Below are positions 35,701-49,600 of a DNA stretch of 64,000 bases, piece after piece. The notes beneath the pieces were generated by a model. That model did not search any database. It saw only the letters and a program-made list of their open reading frames with translations, and had not been told where the DNA came from. The DNA is from Camelus dromedarius (lineage: Eukaryota): positions 53,632,001 through 53,696,000 of the forward strand of contig NC_087437.1 in the NCBI RefSeq assembly GCF_036321535.1. Reading direction: 5' to 3'. Position 1 is the stretch's first letter, and each line of letters begins with the position of its first letter. The position numbers and the translations under genes were made by a program.

Positions 35701-38700
35701 CGTAATTTATCTAGTTTCACAAGTTTGCAGCAGAAGAGTTTTGCTTCAGGACGAATTGTTTCACTCTTGTCTGATTTAGATAATACTTAGATAAGACTTT
35801 GGATAAGTAAAACAAAATGGCAACCTATGGAATGGGAGAAAATTTTTGCAAACGATGAAACCGACAAAGACTTGATCTCCAGAATATATAAGCAGCTCAT
35901 ACGACTTAGTAAGAAAAAACCAAACAACCCAATCCAAAAATGGGCAGAAGACCTAAACAAGCAATTATCCAAAGAAGAAATACAAATGATCGATAGGCAC
36001 ATGAAAAAATGCTTTATATCACTAATTATCAGAGAAATGCAAATCAAAACTACAATGAGGTATCACCTCACACCAGCCAGAATGGCCATCATTCAAAAGT
36101 CCACAAATGATAAATGCTAGAGAGGCTGTGGAGAAAGGGAACCCTCCTACACTGCTGGTGGGAATGCAGTTTGGTGCAGCCACTGTGGAAAACAGTATGG
36201 AGATTCCTCAAAAGACTAGGAATAGACTTACCATATGACCCAGGAATCCTGCTCCTGGGCATATATCCAGAAGGAACCCTACTTCAAAAAGACACCTGCA
36301 CCCCAATGTTCATAGCAGCATTATTTACAATAGCCAAGACATGGAAACAGCCTAAATGTCCATCAACAGATGACTGGGTAAAGAAGTGGTATATTTATAC
36401 AATGGAATACTAGTCAGCCAAAAAAACCGACAACATAACGCCATTTGCTGCAACATGGATGTTCCTGGAGAATATCATTCTAAATGAAGTATGCCAGAAA
36501 GAGAAAGAAAATACCATATCAGATTGCTCATATGTGGAATCTTAAAAAAAAAAAAAAAAAAGAGAACATAAATACAAAACAGAAACAGACTCATAGACAT
36601 AGAATACAAACTTGTGGTTGTCAAGGGGGCGGGGGGGTGGGAAGGGACAGACTGGGATTTCAAAAGTTGTAGATACTGACAGGCATGTGCAGAATAGATA
36701 AATAAGATTATACTGTATAGCACAGGGAAATATATACAAGATCTTGTAGCTCACAGTGAAAAAATGTGATAATGAATATATGTATGTTTGTGTGTAACTG
36801 AACAATTGTGTTCTACACTGGAATTTGACAACATTGTAAAATGACTATAACTCAATAAAGTATGTTATTAAAAAGTAGACTTTGGACTTCAGATTTTAGA
36901 GTTGATGCTGGAATGAGTTAAAACTGGAGGATGCTGGGGTGGAATTAATGTATTTCACATGTGAGAATGACATGATTTGGGGGAAACAAGGGACAGAATG
37001 TTATGGACTGAAAGTTTCTCCCCCAAATTCATATGTTGACTGTGATGGTATTTGGAGATGGGGCATTTGGGAGATAATTAGGTATAGAAGAGGTCTCGAG
37101 GATGGAGTTTCCATGATGGGATTGGTGTTCTTATAAAAAGAGAGAGGGACATGAGGGCTTGCTCACTCCCTACCACGTGAGGACACAGGGAGAAGGCAGC
37201 CATCTGCAAGCCAGGAAGTGCGCCCTCCCTGGGAACTGAGTCTGCTGGTGCCTTGAGCTTGGACCTCCCAGCCTCCAGAGCTGTGGAAATAAATGCCTGC
37301 TGCTTAAGCCACCCCAGTCTATGGTACTTTGTTATAGGAGCCTGAGCTAAGATAATACTTGAATGTGTACTTCCTAAGAATAAGAAAATAGTCTTATGTA
37401 ACCAAAATATAGTTAACTTCATGCTTTTACATACGTTAATCTGGCTGCATTGCAGTTTTGTTCACTGACCCAAAACTGTCTTTTATGGCATACTTTTTTC
37501 TTCCAGTACAAGGTCCAGTTCAGGATCAGGTGTTGCATCTAATTGCTATGCCTCTTTAGTTGCCTTTCACCTAGAATAGTTCCATAGCCTTTGTCTTTTA
37601 AGACATTGACATTTTTGAAGAATAAAGTCCTTTAAATTTCTTTTTTTAATTTAGGGTTTATCTGATGCTTTCTCCGTATTAAATTCAGTTTCTGCATTCC
37701 TGGCTGGAAAACGACACAAATGATGTTGAGCCCTGCTAAAAGCATCACATCTGGAGGCATCCAGTGTCCCTCTGCCCCTCAGCTGATTTTAATTTTGATC
37801 ACATGGATACGGTGCTGTCTGATTTGGCCACTGTGTAATTACGTTTTCCCTTGCACTCTACGAGTGAATACTTTAGTACTGTGCTATTCTGCTCCTCTCA
37901 TCAAAATTTCTTCCTTTGACATTCATTGATCACTCTTGCCTGAACCCATCTTTATTATGACAGTTGCAAAATGACAGTCTTTTAACTCTAGCTCCTTCTC
38001 GACGTCATCCAGTTGGCACTCAGAATTCTACTATAAGCAAGAAACCTCCCTTCTCTTCCTCCATTTATTTCCTCCCTCCCTTTCTTCCCCTCTTCCTTCC
38101 TTTCTGTATTTGTTTTTGGTAAGAACTTACAGATTTCTATTTTTTCAATGACTTACAGTTCATTACTGTTCTCCATTACTTTGGGTTCACTTTGTCCCAG
38201 ATTTGGCTAGTGGGAGTTTCTTCCAGCTGGCTTTTGTGTCCCCGTGACATGCATGCCCTCATCATTTAAAAAAAATACTTCTATACTTTCTGGCATAACA
38301 GATGTTCCAGTTCATTTTGTACCTATCCTGTTGGGTTTTTAATATTTCAGCCTTATTAATTTTATTCTGAACGTGCTTGCAAAGTGTTCTAGGTCAGAGA
38401 TGATTTCTTATTTAAATACCTTACAGTAAATAATAAATGCATTAGTTTCTTTCTGCCCAGATTCTTAGTCCTCGGGCAGTGCAGTAAGAGCCAGGCCAGC
38501 TATCTTACATGAGGAGCCAGTTACCCCGTAAGCAAGGGACAAAAAAATGAGGGATTTTTTCCTCCGTGCTTATAAAAGGCAGGAGGTAGCTGTCCTCTTC
38601 CCCTCCTCAAAGAGTCCCTTTCTTACCTCAGGCCTTTGGAATATAAACAAACTTCCCTAGAGATGTTTCTAAGTTTCTGGGCCTCTTTGCTCCTGCTCCA

Positions 38701-40568
38701 ATCTTCCTGGTCTCTTAGAATACCTCTACATTAACCTAGAGAGAGAATCTGAGCTATAACCATTTATCTTCTTGGGGAGATAAGTGTAGTTTTATTATGT
38801 TTTGAATCAGAACAGAGCAATTAACTAGACAAATAGCTACAGATTTTATTCTCATGGTTTATGAAGAGACTCGGGAGTCTAGGGCTTTTTGCAGGGGCAC
38901 TGACAGGTGCAGGGGATTTTCATTTACTCATACTATCGTACACTGGCTCTGGGATATGCTATTCTTCTCCAGGGAATCCCGGTTCCTTTAAGTAAAAGAC
39001 GGTATTAGAAACCAAGATCTGGGCACTAAGTGTGTTCATGCCTACCAACGTGTCTTTGCTTCTTGGCCCTTTCAGCAGGCAGAGCTAGGAACTACATGCA
39101 TGTACACACACAGTGCACATACACACGTATTCATTTACATATGCCCGCACCTGTGTGTGTGTGTACACATCTACATGGCCATGTATGTACATGCGAACGT
39201 ACCTGTTTTAGAAATAGTAGACTCAGTACCTCAGCCTATCCACAGAAAGGCATTCCTTGCCTGCCCTCTTCTGCATTTGTATCCCCCCTTCTTTCCCAGT
39301 GAGAATCCTGCTTCTAAAAACAGCAGCAATTGATTTATTTGCTCAGATCTATAATCTATCTGAAATAATTTGAAAATTGCTTTGCATATCTACATAAAAC
39401 AAACCTGTTCAAAAGAGTCCAGGATTTGCTTTGCGGTTCTCCTCCACACCCTGCTCCAGACTGAGGTTGTGTGGCCAAATAGTGTGCGCTCAGGTTACCT
39501 CAGCAGGACTCAGAGAGAGTCCTGTTTCTCTTCCTTGCGATTATGAACTCCTTTGAAATTCAGCTATATTTATTTTGTTTCAGTTTTAGGTTTTTCTTTT
39601 CCTCCCTTAAAAAACAATGCAGAATTTTAACATGCTTCCAAAATTCAAAACTTTCCAAAAAGCTATATTCAAAGAAATGCTACTCCCTCCTGAGTTCCTT
39701 CCACCCTGTTTCATCGCCACCCTTTGTAGGGAACCAATTGTACTGTTTTGTGATTTCTCCTCTGTTTCTGTGTGTAGATACGTTTTCTTAATTTCCCTTA
39801 TTCCTTACAAAAAGGCAGTGACTATATGTGCACTTTTACACTCTTCTTTGTCCCAGTACCTTCTGGAAATCCCTCTGTATCAGTTCACAGAAATCTTCCT
39901 CATTCTTTCTTGCAGCTGCATAATATTCTTTCGTGGGTAAGTTTCATAGCTTCTTCTAGCAATCTCTTCTGATTGAACACTGAAGTACTTCCCAACGTTT
40001 ACTTCCTCTAATACTTAACAGTTCTTCTGATGACTTTTCCTGTGATGACAGGTAGAATTGGATGCTCTGATTTGCGGTTTGTGGTGGGTTTCAATTTGTG
40101 GTGGGTTTCAATTTGTGGTGCCCTTCTCTCTGTTACAGCACCTCCCTGTCCAGGCCCTGTTTCCAAGCTCAGGCCTTCCCTTAAGGCCCAGGGCCTCCAC
40201 ATCATTTTTCGTCACTACTCAAGACCCTGAACACCCCTTTGTCTTCCCATAGCACTAACTGGCTTTGCACCTGTGGCAAATCTGCAAATCCGGCAGCCAG
40301 AACACGCACTTTATTTTATTATCACTTAACATTTTTGAACGGAGATTGCTTAGTAAAGTGGGAGAAGGTCAGACAGACCTTGATTTGCATCTGAGCTCCA
40401 TCCCTTCTCAGCCGTGTGATCTTGGGCCAGTTATACAACTTCTTAGAGCTTCCTTTTCAAGTCCTGTTTGGATCTTGGAAACATTGTGAGGAATAAATGG
40501 GAAGACGACATTGAACTGGATTGTTGTGTGAGTTTTACAAAACCACTAAAGCTAGTTAAGACATATCA

Positions 40569-40611
<43 letters not shown>

Positions 40612-43600
40612 GTATGTGAATTTACTGGGCTGCCATAACAAAACACCATAGGTGGGGTGGCTGGAACAAGAGGCTAGAAGTACTAGATCAAGATGCCATC
40701 AGGGTGTTTCTGAAGGGCTTTCTTCCTGGCTTGCGAATGCCGCCTTCTATGCCTTCACATGGTCTGCCTTTCCTCTGAGTCATGGGGTGGGGGGTAGAAA
40801 AAGAGAGATGTCTGCTGACTTATCGTTTTCTTTTAAAGGCTTAGATTAGGGACCCCATCCTCGTGATCTCATTTAACCTTAATTAGCTCCCCAAAGGCTG
40901 TATCTCCAATATAGTTACACCAGGGGTTAGGGCTTTAACATATGAATTTTGGGGAGGACATAATTCAGTCCATAACAGAGGGGAAGAAAGATTTGGGAAG
41001 AAAAAAGACCCAACATATTTACAGTGGGAATATCTGAAAAAGGCAATTATCATTGTTTTCTTATGTATGTAGATAGGTAGATGTGAGGGTGAGTGTGTGT
41101 GTGTGTGTGCACACACTTTTTTTTTTTTTGAAGAATTGGACTCACTTTTATTTTATTTTTTTGGTGGGGGTTGGCAGGTAATTAGGTTTATTCATTTATT
41201 TGTTTTAGACGAGGTACTGGGGATTGAACCCAGGACCTCATGCATGCTGAGCATGCACTCTACCACTTGAGCTACACCCTCCCCCCGCACATTCTTTTTA
41301 TTTCTAACTTTATGTAGTGACTATTTCTTGCCTTATGACTGGAAAGGTTACTTTAAACCGGTTCTAAAACAGCAACAATCCATCTCCCCAGTGTAGTTTT
41401 TTTCCTGGCAGGTGCTCCTTGGGGCTCCATTGCTCTGGCAGTGACTTACTTTCCTCATCATGAGGCCCCCCTGATCCCTGAACTCAGGTCAGACTCTGCA
41501 TGTGTGTTAGTACAGGGGCATTTGAGAAGAGCTTTGTTCTCTCCTAAGTCCCTTTTGCTGCCATTAGAAAAGTGACAGACTGAGACGTTATCCAGAAATG
41601 GCCAGTCACCCGGGCAGGGCAGGGCCTTACAGGATGCTAATGCCCTGTAACTAAAGCACCTGGGGCCTGCAGAGGGCAAGTGATCCCCCCTGAGACCACG
41701 GAGTGAGTTAGACACAAAGCAGTCTCCTAATTCCCTGAGCAGTTTTGAGGCTTTATTTTATTTTTTTTTTGAGGAAATCTTTGAATCTCACGTAAGGACC
41801 GCCAGAATTAGTGTGGTAAGTTCAGAGCCACGTCCATAGTAAGGCTGATGGGTTCTTGCTGGTCTCTCCCCTTTCCCTCCACCAGATCCCAGCCCTGGCC
41901 GCTCTTTTCCTTCTCCGTGGATGAAACTAGCACTTATCTTCACCTCGTCTCAATTTCATGGATTACTTTTTCATTTGCCTCAAGTAGCTCAAGGGGATGA
42001 CCATTTCCCCGTTGTGTACGGTGAGAACTGAGGTCAGCCTCGCTCCTGAGAGTGTGCTGGCTTACTCAGATGTTGTGTGGTTTGTGAATGCAGCCTGGTG
42101 GGAACAGAAGGAACACTGGTCAGGGCCAATCTCTGGCGTCTGGTCCTGGATCTGCCTCAAACTCACCCTGAAGCCTCAGACAAGTCTCTTCTGCTCTCTG
42201 GACTCCAGTTTACCCATCTGAAAATCATGGCTTTGGATCCAGTCCCTTGAGGATTTTCCAGTGCAAGATACTACAAACTTAGACAGGAAGCAAAATTCTC
42301 ATGACACCTCCATACCCCTCATCAAATGCTTTCTTTGGCATCTTCTGCCCCGTGGCCTACCGACCCTCTTTGTGTGAGGCAGTGCAGTGCGTAGACTAGA
42401 AGTGTGGGCTCCAGACCCAGACAGAAGGGTTTCAATTCAGACTTCCCTACTTACTAGCTCTATGGTTTGGGCAAGCTACTTAGCATCTCTGAGTCTATCG
42501 CCTAATTTATAAAATGAGTATATTAATAATTACCACCTAAGGCTGTTGTGAAGATGAACTAAGATGATATATGAAAGTCCCTAGCTTGGAGTAGACATCA
42601 TTAAAGGGCGTCTGTTGTTACCACTGTTGTCATCCTTTGTCGTAAAGGAGAAAACTTTGCATCTCTCTTGGGATTTCTGAGGACAGTAAAGCCATAGATC
42701 CTGGGAAAGTCTCAGGGTACCAGAAGTGCCGCCCCCAGTCTCCTGCTTTGTTTACTAAGAAAATTGCCAGAAAGGGGCAGTGGCAGGAGACATTTTAAAA
42801 ATCCCAGTTATTTCTAATCCTCATGAGTACGGCTAAATCACTTGGCATCAGTACTCTGATTAGAAAGAGCATAGCTCAAGAAAAGACATGCTTTCAATAT
42901 ACCAGCAGTCTTTTGGGGGTGAAATGGGATGGGGACAGGGAGTGAGCTTGTAAAGATCAGTCTTGGAAGTCCTGCTGCCCCCTCGGCCTCCCTGGCACCC
43001 GCACAACCATGTCTGTCTTGCGAAGCCCCCTCTGCCAGGATGCTTGCTTTGCCTTTGAGCTCCAGCACTGAATGCCTGTGCTGTGAGTTACAGTGTTCCC
43101 AATGGGAAGAGAATTGCACTTAACATTGGCAAATGTGGGTTCCATTCCTAGTTCCTATGGCCTCTCCTCTGTGGGACTCGAGGCTGGTTGCCTCATCCTT
43201 GAACTTCAGATCCCTACTCCAGCCCCACAGGCACATGCCAGCTGCTTTCCTTTCAGTGCTCTCATTTTAGGAAATGGCCTGAAGCCCAGGAGTCACCTTG
43301 GCCCCTTTTCCCTTCACTTTCAGTGTCCAGTTAGTCTGCAAGCCTACAGCTGATAATCGCAACATTTTCTTCATTCCATCATTTCTACTTAGGCTACAAC
43401 GGCAGCTTCTGTCTGATCGCCTTTTCTCTAAAAACGCTAGCCCAGGACACTGGTCTGTTTAGATCCTTCTCCCAAGCCTTCCCTGGCCCCGTGGCCTACT
43501 GAGAAAACCCTAAGCTCCTTGATTTGGCCCCTGCCTACACTTCTCTGACCCCTTCCGGCTCTTCCTTTGTATCTGAGCCACACTGGACAACCTGCAATTT

Positions 43601-46600
43601 CCCAAATAAGCCACTCACTGTAAAAATTAGAATTGGGCTTGGCTGCAAGTGACAGAAAGGCACTGCCCACCTCTCAACAGTAGCTTAACAAAATAAAAAT
43701 GCATTTCTCATGTAAAGAATTCCAGAGCTGGGATGGTGTTCCAGAGAGTCAGGAACCCGGGCTTCTACCGCCTTGAGCACCTGCCATGAATACCATATGG
43801 CTTCCACTTCATGGTCCTAGACGGCTGCTCAAGCTTCAGCTGTCACATCCACTTTTTGCCAGGGGGACGAACACGGAAGGGCATGACCCCACCTCTGAGA
43901 ACAGGTCCTAGAAGTCACACTTGCCAGCGTTTTGTCACATCGCCATTCTTAGCTGTAAGAGAGGCTGGGAAAGTTTTATTTCAGATAGTCTGTATTTTAG
44001 ATAGCTGTGTGCTGAGGAAAACATCAAGTGTTTGTTACCAAGGGAAAAAGAAAGAAGGGCTATTGGGCGTCACCTAGCAGCCTCTGCCATCTGCTCTCAC
44101 AGCTGGGGGTCTGGTGGTTTCTTCTGTCCAGGTCCTCTTCCCTCTCCCCCGCACTCCCCTGGCTTGGCCTGTTCTTGCCAGTTAACACTCACTCGCCTCA
44201 TGGCCATCCTCACTCTGACACCCTGTGACTGCCTGTGGGCTCCACTGCACAAGCTCTGGCCACAGTGGGCCCACTACCAGTATTTCTTGTCTCCAAGATA
44301 CACCAAGGAAATGAGATCATGGTCTTTAGGCTCCCAGGGCCTTCCTACATCTGAGGGGAGGGACGGGAATGGGGTACCTGAATGACCCTGGGGGATCGTG
44401 GCAAACTGCTGTTCTTGGTTGTAGCCAGACCACCCATCTTCCCACAGTCATTCTTCAGATACTGTGGGACACTGATTAGGTCTCAGGGGAAGGGTTCTTG
44501 CTTTCAATTTCAGTCAATTCTCAATTTGATTTCTGTCATTTTTTCTTCCCAGTTTCCACCTGGCCAATATCATCCCTACCTGCTTTTTTTTCCCTCCCCT
44601 CTTTACTCTTCTTGTTCTTTATTGTTTAAATAACAGCTTTGTAATTCACACATCATTGAATTCACTATTTTAAGGGATACAATTCAGTGTTCTTTATGTT
44701 CACAGAGCTGTGCAACTATCACTACTATTTAATTTTAGAACATTTTCATCATCCCCAAAATAAACTCTACCCGTTAGCAGTACCTCTTTGTATCCCCTCT
44801 TCCTAGACCCTGGCAATCACTAATCTATTTTCTGTCTCTAGGGACTTGACTGTTCTGGGTATTTCATATAAATGGAATCATACAATATACCACATGCTTT
44901 TGAAGGTGAGACAGCTGATCTCACGTGATCAGCTTTGTCCCTTAAGAGGGACGTGGCCCCTTTCTCTTTCTCACTCATTCCTGTGCCCCAGGACAGCTCC
45001 TGTTAGAGAGGGCAGGGCACTGTTCTCTGCACTCGCAATGAGAGCACGAAGGCCTGTGGACATAACCCGACTTGCTCGCAGTCACCAGATAGGCGTGTGG
45101 CAAAGCCAAGAACTGAACCAGGTCTTTCTTTCACCTTCTGCTACCACACTTTTCTTATTTTCATAAGTAATTTAATGTTTCTGTGCATAGTTTCCCCCCA
45201 GTTCAGATTCTTTTAGGATAAATGCCAAAAAGTGAAATTGCTGAGTCAAAGGTATAAATATATTTAGGGCTGTTAACACATGTTGTAAAATTGATCCTGT
45301 AGGGCTGTCCTATGTCCTGAGTTTGATCACAGTCACATTTAGCCCAGGCCAGCCTGGGAGTGTGGGGAGGAGGGGGGCTGTGGCTGGTTCCCCAGCAGGG
45401 CACACATGAGCATCGCTCCAGCCAGGTGAGGTTCTTGTTAAAGGATGCATGTTTTTGCATGTGCCATGGCCCCTACACACAAGCCGACCATTTCATCCGG
45501 TGCTCAACCACAGGCACTGCCGTCTGCTCCAGTGCTGCAGAAACCATTGCCTGTGCGGGACCCTGAGATGCCCTCTGTCCGTCTCCATTGTGCTGTGTAA
45601 TACCTATGTGCTAGACTTTATAGGTGATGGAAGGGCTTTCCAGAGATCATTTTGGTTACATGAGATTCTGACTTTAAACTTCACCCTCCAACCCCCATAT
45701 GAGGTGTGAATGCAGGGCACTATATGCCGAGCCATTTTCACTGTACCTTCACCCTAGTAATCTCAAAGTCTGAGTGGAACCCTTTCAGTTCTATGGCTGA
45801 TGGTCTGTAACAAAATGTCCTATCAGGTCCATACAGTTCCGGCCTGCATCTTTGCCTTTTTCTCACTGAAGTTAAGTGTTGGCACCAAAACTGTGAAGCC
45901 TCATGAGGCTCTGGGACCTCAGGTGGTACTTGTGATGTGTCAGGTGTTACTACACGCCAGCGTTCACATGTAAATGTCCAGGTGACAGCTTGTCTGTTTC
46001 TCCCTGCAGCTGGTCACCACAGAGGGGCACTTCCTCAAGGACAGTTTGTACAATGAAGGAATCCTAATTGTGTGGGACCCATCTGTTTACCATTCAGATA
46101 TCCCAAAGGTAAGTGGGTGTCCACAGGAGATTGGGATTGAGTCATGTTTGTCTATAGATTTTGCTGAGGTCCTGGGTTTTTAAAGTCATGGCTGACCTGG
46201 GCCATCCCTGCAGGCTGGCTGTTTCCATTTTAGGCTCCCTTCCTCTGGACTAGCTTTCAGGACTCCTGTCCTGTACCAGTGCTCTCCATGCCCCGCCCTC
46301 CACTGCCAAGTATTTGTCTCCTAGTTAATCATGGTCTGTTTCAGGAGTAACAGTGGCTGGGTTTCCCACCATCTGGGGTGGGCTGTGTTCATGTAACAGT
46401 CATTCCTGACGAGCGTCAGCAGGATAGACAGTGGTTACTATTACTCCTGTACGGCGTGTTACCACACTCGCCCCACACTGCCAATTTCCAGAATGCTTCT
46501 CATTTTATTCATAGCAACAAAACGAAGTAGAGGCCTGGTTGTTCCCATTTTACAGATGGGGAAACTGGAATGTGAAGGGGGGTCACCTGTCCTTGGACTT

Positions 46601-49600
46601 GATTCACTAAGCAGAGGGCCCAGATCCGCGTCAGCTCTTCCAGGGAAAGGGACAGAGTCTCAGGCCTGCCGGGTTCTAGCTTCTCTGAAACGGCCCTCTC
46701 CCTGTTATACATGTCAGTTGGCCTCTCCCTCGTCTGGGCTGCAGTGACCACAGGAGTCTGGCTTTAGGGATGAGGGACAGAGAGCACTGTTCTTGGGACA
46801 CTTAAGCTGGACACATCAATAGCTGACAGGCCCCGGTGGTCCCTCCTCTTGTGGCCTCCATTTCCAGTTTTGCAGTGATCTCACTTCAAACTGAAATGTG
46901 CTTGGGTTGGGATAAGGACTGTGAACCTGCAGATGTGGCAAACTGTGCCCAGTGATCACCTCTTTAAGAGAGGTGGGGACAGATGAGGCCCCAGGCCCCT
47001 CTCAGCTCTGACATCATTCCCAGATTCTATGATCCTGAAGTCTGAAGCTGTTCCAGGGTCACCATGCTCAAAATTCCCCTTGAGCACAGGCTCCATGCTG
47101 AGTCCCCTCTACTATCACGTGAGAGCCGAGATGTGGAGACGTCTGGAATCTGTTTTGATGAAGGGGCTGTGGCTCAGGATTCATCCTGGGTCCTTCCCCA
47201 CCTCCCTCCAAGTCCTCAGACAGGGCTGACCACCCGGGGGCAGCAGGGGCACTGGGACATTGCTCTTCTTCAGAAGACTACTTCCTTCTTTTTCAGTGGT
47301 ACAAGAATCCTGACTACAGTTTCTTTGATAACTTCAAGAGCTATCGTAAGCTGCACCCCGATCAGCCCTTTTATATCCTCAAGCCCCAGATGCCTTGGGA
47401 ACTGTGGGACATCATTCAGGAGATCTCCCCGGAGGAGATTCAGCCAAATCCCCCATCCTCTGGGATGCTCGGTGAGTCCAGTCTGGGGAAAGACCTCTCA
47501 TGCTTGTTTCTAGAAGAGATTAGCTTTCTTCTGGGGTCTCATTCATGTGTGTGTTTGTTCACCAGACAGTTGCTAGGTTTTTGCTGTGTTTGTACACTGA
47601 GGCAAGTTCCAGCTAAGACAGAGATCAGTATGACAGAATGTGTGTCCAGTGGGGGAGTGCAGTCAGGTGTCTGAGGCAACATTCAGTTTGTGCCAGGAGG
47701 GAGCGACCATCCCAGTGGACCAGGCCCAGGAGAGGGGCGGATCTGCCAGGTGGAGATGGAGTAAAGGGAAGCACAGACAAGAAGGGGCGGGAAAACAGGA
47801 GCAGGGCTGGGACTTGGCTGAGGCAGGTGAGGCGCTCGCCTCAGGTACAATTTAAGGGGGCGCCCAAAAATTCAGTAACAAAGAATATCTTAAAAAAATA
47901 TCAAAATTGTAGATCAGGATAGGATCAGGAATAATGTCAGGCTGAGCTGTATTAGAATCTGAGGGAAAAGGAAGAATCAATATTTTATTCAGAATTTCAA
48001 AAATTTGCTCACCCTAGTGACCACCCGAGTCATGGCCCTGAGTAGAGAATGAGAGTGCTGGCCACGGGCTTTCTTCTGGGATTTTCTCCACACCTCCCAG
48101 CCCGTCTGCCCTTCCCTCCCTTGACTTGGAGTCTGGGTGGACCACAGACGCGTTCCATGAGGTTCTAGGCCCCGTAGGTGCTGGCCCACCGCAGTGGACC
48201 ACTGTCCTGGCCAATGGCCCCGCCACTCACCTTCCCTCCCAGACTGCACACTCACTCCTGGCAGGCGCTGTGTTTGCCTCACCCCTGTGGGCCTGGCACG
48301 GGGCAGCCCTGAGGTAGGTGTTCCCTGAATAAATGAACAAATGAACGCATAATATCGGGCACTCCTGACAGGAAGAGGTGAGGGCTCTTTCTCAGTTTTC
48401 TTCAGCTTCTGGATGGGTGCGTTCGGGCTCTCCCTGGAGTCCTTTCAAACAGAAGTCAATCGGAGACACCTGGGAACAAGTTCCTGTTGCCCTCCTGCCC
48501 TGCCTTTGCCCAGCTGTGTTCTCCGTGGCCAGTCTGCCCCTCTTGCCCGCCCCTCACGGCCAGAGCCCCTACTGGGCCCCACACCAGTGCTCTGGGAGGC
48601 TTATCTGAGCCCCCAGAGGGAGGCTCCCTTCCCTCACTTCTAGAAGCACTTCTGTTGTGCCTTCATCAGTTAGGTGCAGAGATGTCTTTTCTCCCTCTTT
48701 GGACCAGGGGCCACCAGAGGTAGGGTTTTTCCCATCTGATCCTTCTGGAACAAAGTTGCTAGCAGTTTACAATTTTGCTGTCAGTGAGAACAGTTCCCGA
48801 GCCATGGTCTTACTGCACCCTAACACTGGCCTCTGTAGTAGGAAGAGTGGGTAGATCACCCGCTTGGGGCAGGTGTCTCTGCCTCTTATTTGGTTTGGAT
48901 CTCAGTGTTCTGCATCACCTGAGTGCAGCCCCAGGGCCCCCGTCTCCTGGCTGACCAAGCAGAGCCCATCCACACAGACCATGGCATGATCCTGTGCCAG
49001 CTGTCCCTCTTCCTGTGAGGGACAGCCAGTCTTCCCTCCCCACACTGCTTCTCCCAGTCCTAGTGTAAGAAACACCTTCTCCCAAAGAGCACCATCTAGG
49101 GGCTCGTCCAGGACGCACAAATGCTGGAGAGAAATACCTGCTTGGCGTGGCTCTCCTCTGCCGCCTCGTCCTCTCCCATGTGGCTCACCGACAGTGTTCA
49201 GGTCACTGGCTGACAGCGCAGCCCGTCAGTCCATGAGTGTTTAGGGAGGCCCCGCCATGCACTGGGCCCTGACCTGGGTGCTAAGTGTACGAGGGTGTGT
49301 GGGGCTCTGCACCTCGAGGAACAGCCTGCTGGACTGGTGACCAGAAGCACTCAGACTGGAATCACAGTCATAAATAGGAACTCCAGACAGACGTCTCCCC
49401 AGATTTGGGGTCATGAGCAGCTGAGCTCTCTGGGGTGGTCGTTGGGCGGGACTCACCTCTGCTCCCCTCCCTAGGCATCATCATCATGATGACGCTGTGT
49501 GACCAGGTGGATATTTATGAGTTCCTCCCCTCCAAGCGCAAGACCGACGTGTGCTACTACTACCAGAAGTTCTTCGACAGCGCCTGCACAATGGGCGCCT

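Larger units (their letters stand above)
33950..39700 (-). mobile_element. Ancient L1M fragments interrupted by younger insertions
   Basis: Antisense L1M-like sequence (CCTAAATACT...GTGTACTTCCTAAGAATAAG; GAAACCAAGATCTGGGCACTA) continues across the MaLR insertion. Confidence 0.6.

Noticed and set aside
35827..36413. Two protein-like ORFs
   Set aside because: L1 ORF2 C-terminal remnants broken by a stop codon in a 5'-truncated copy; not a host gene.
47472..47674. ORF continuing past exon 4 ([10 protein letters not shown]...)
   Set aside because: Read-through of a canonical GTGAGT donor into the intron; no similarity to the sialyltransferase beyond the junction.
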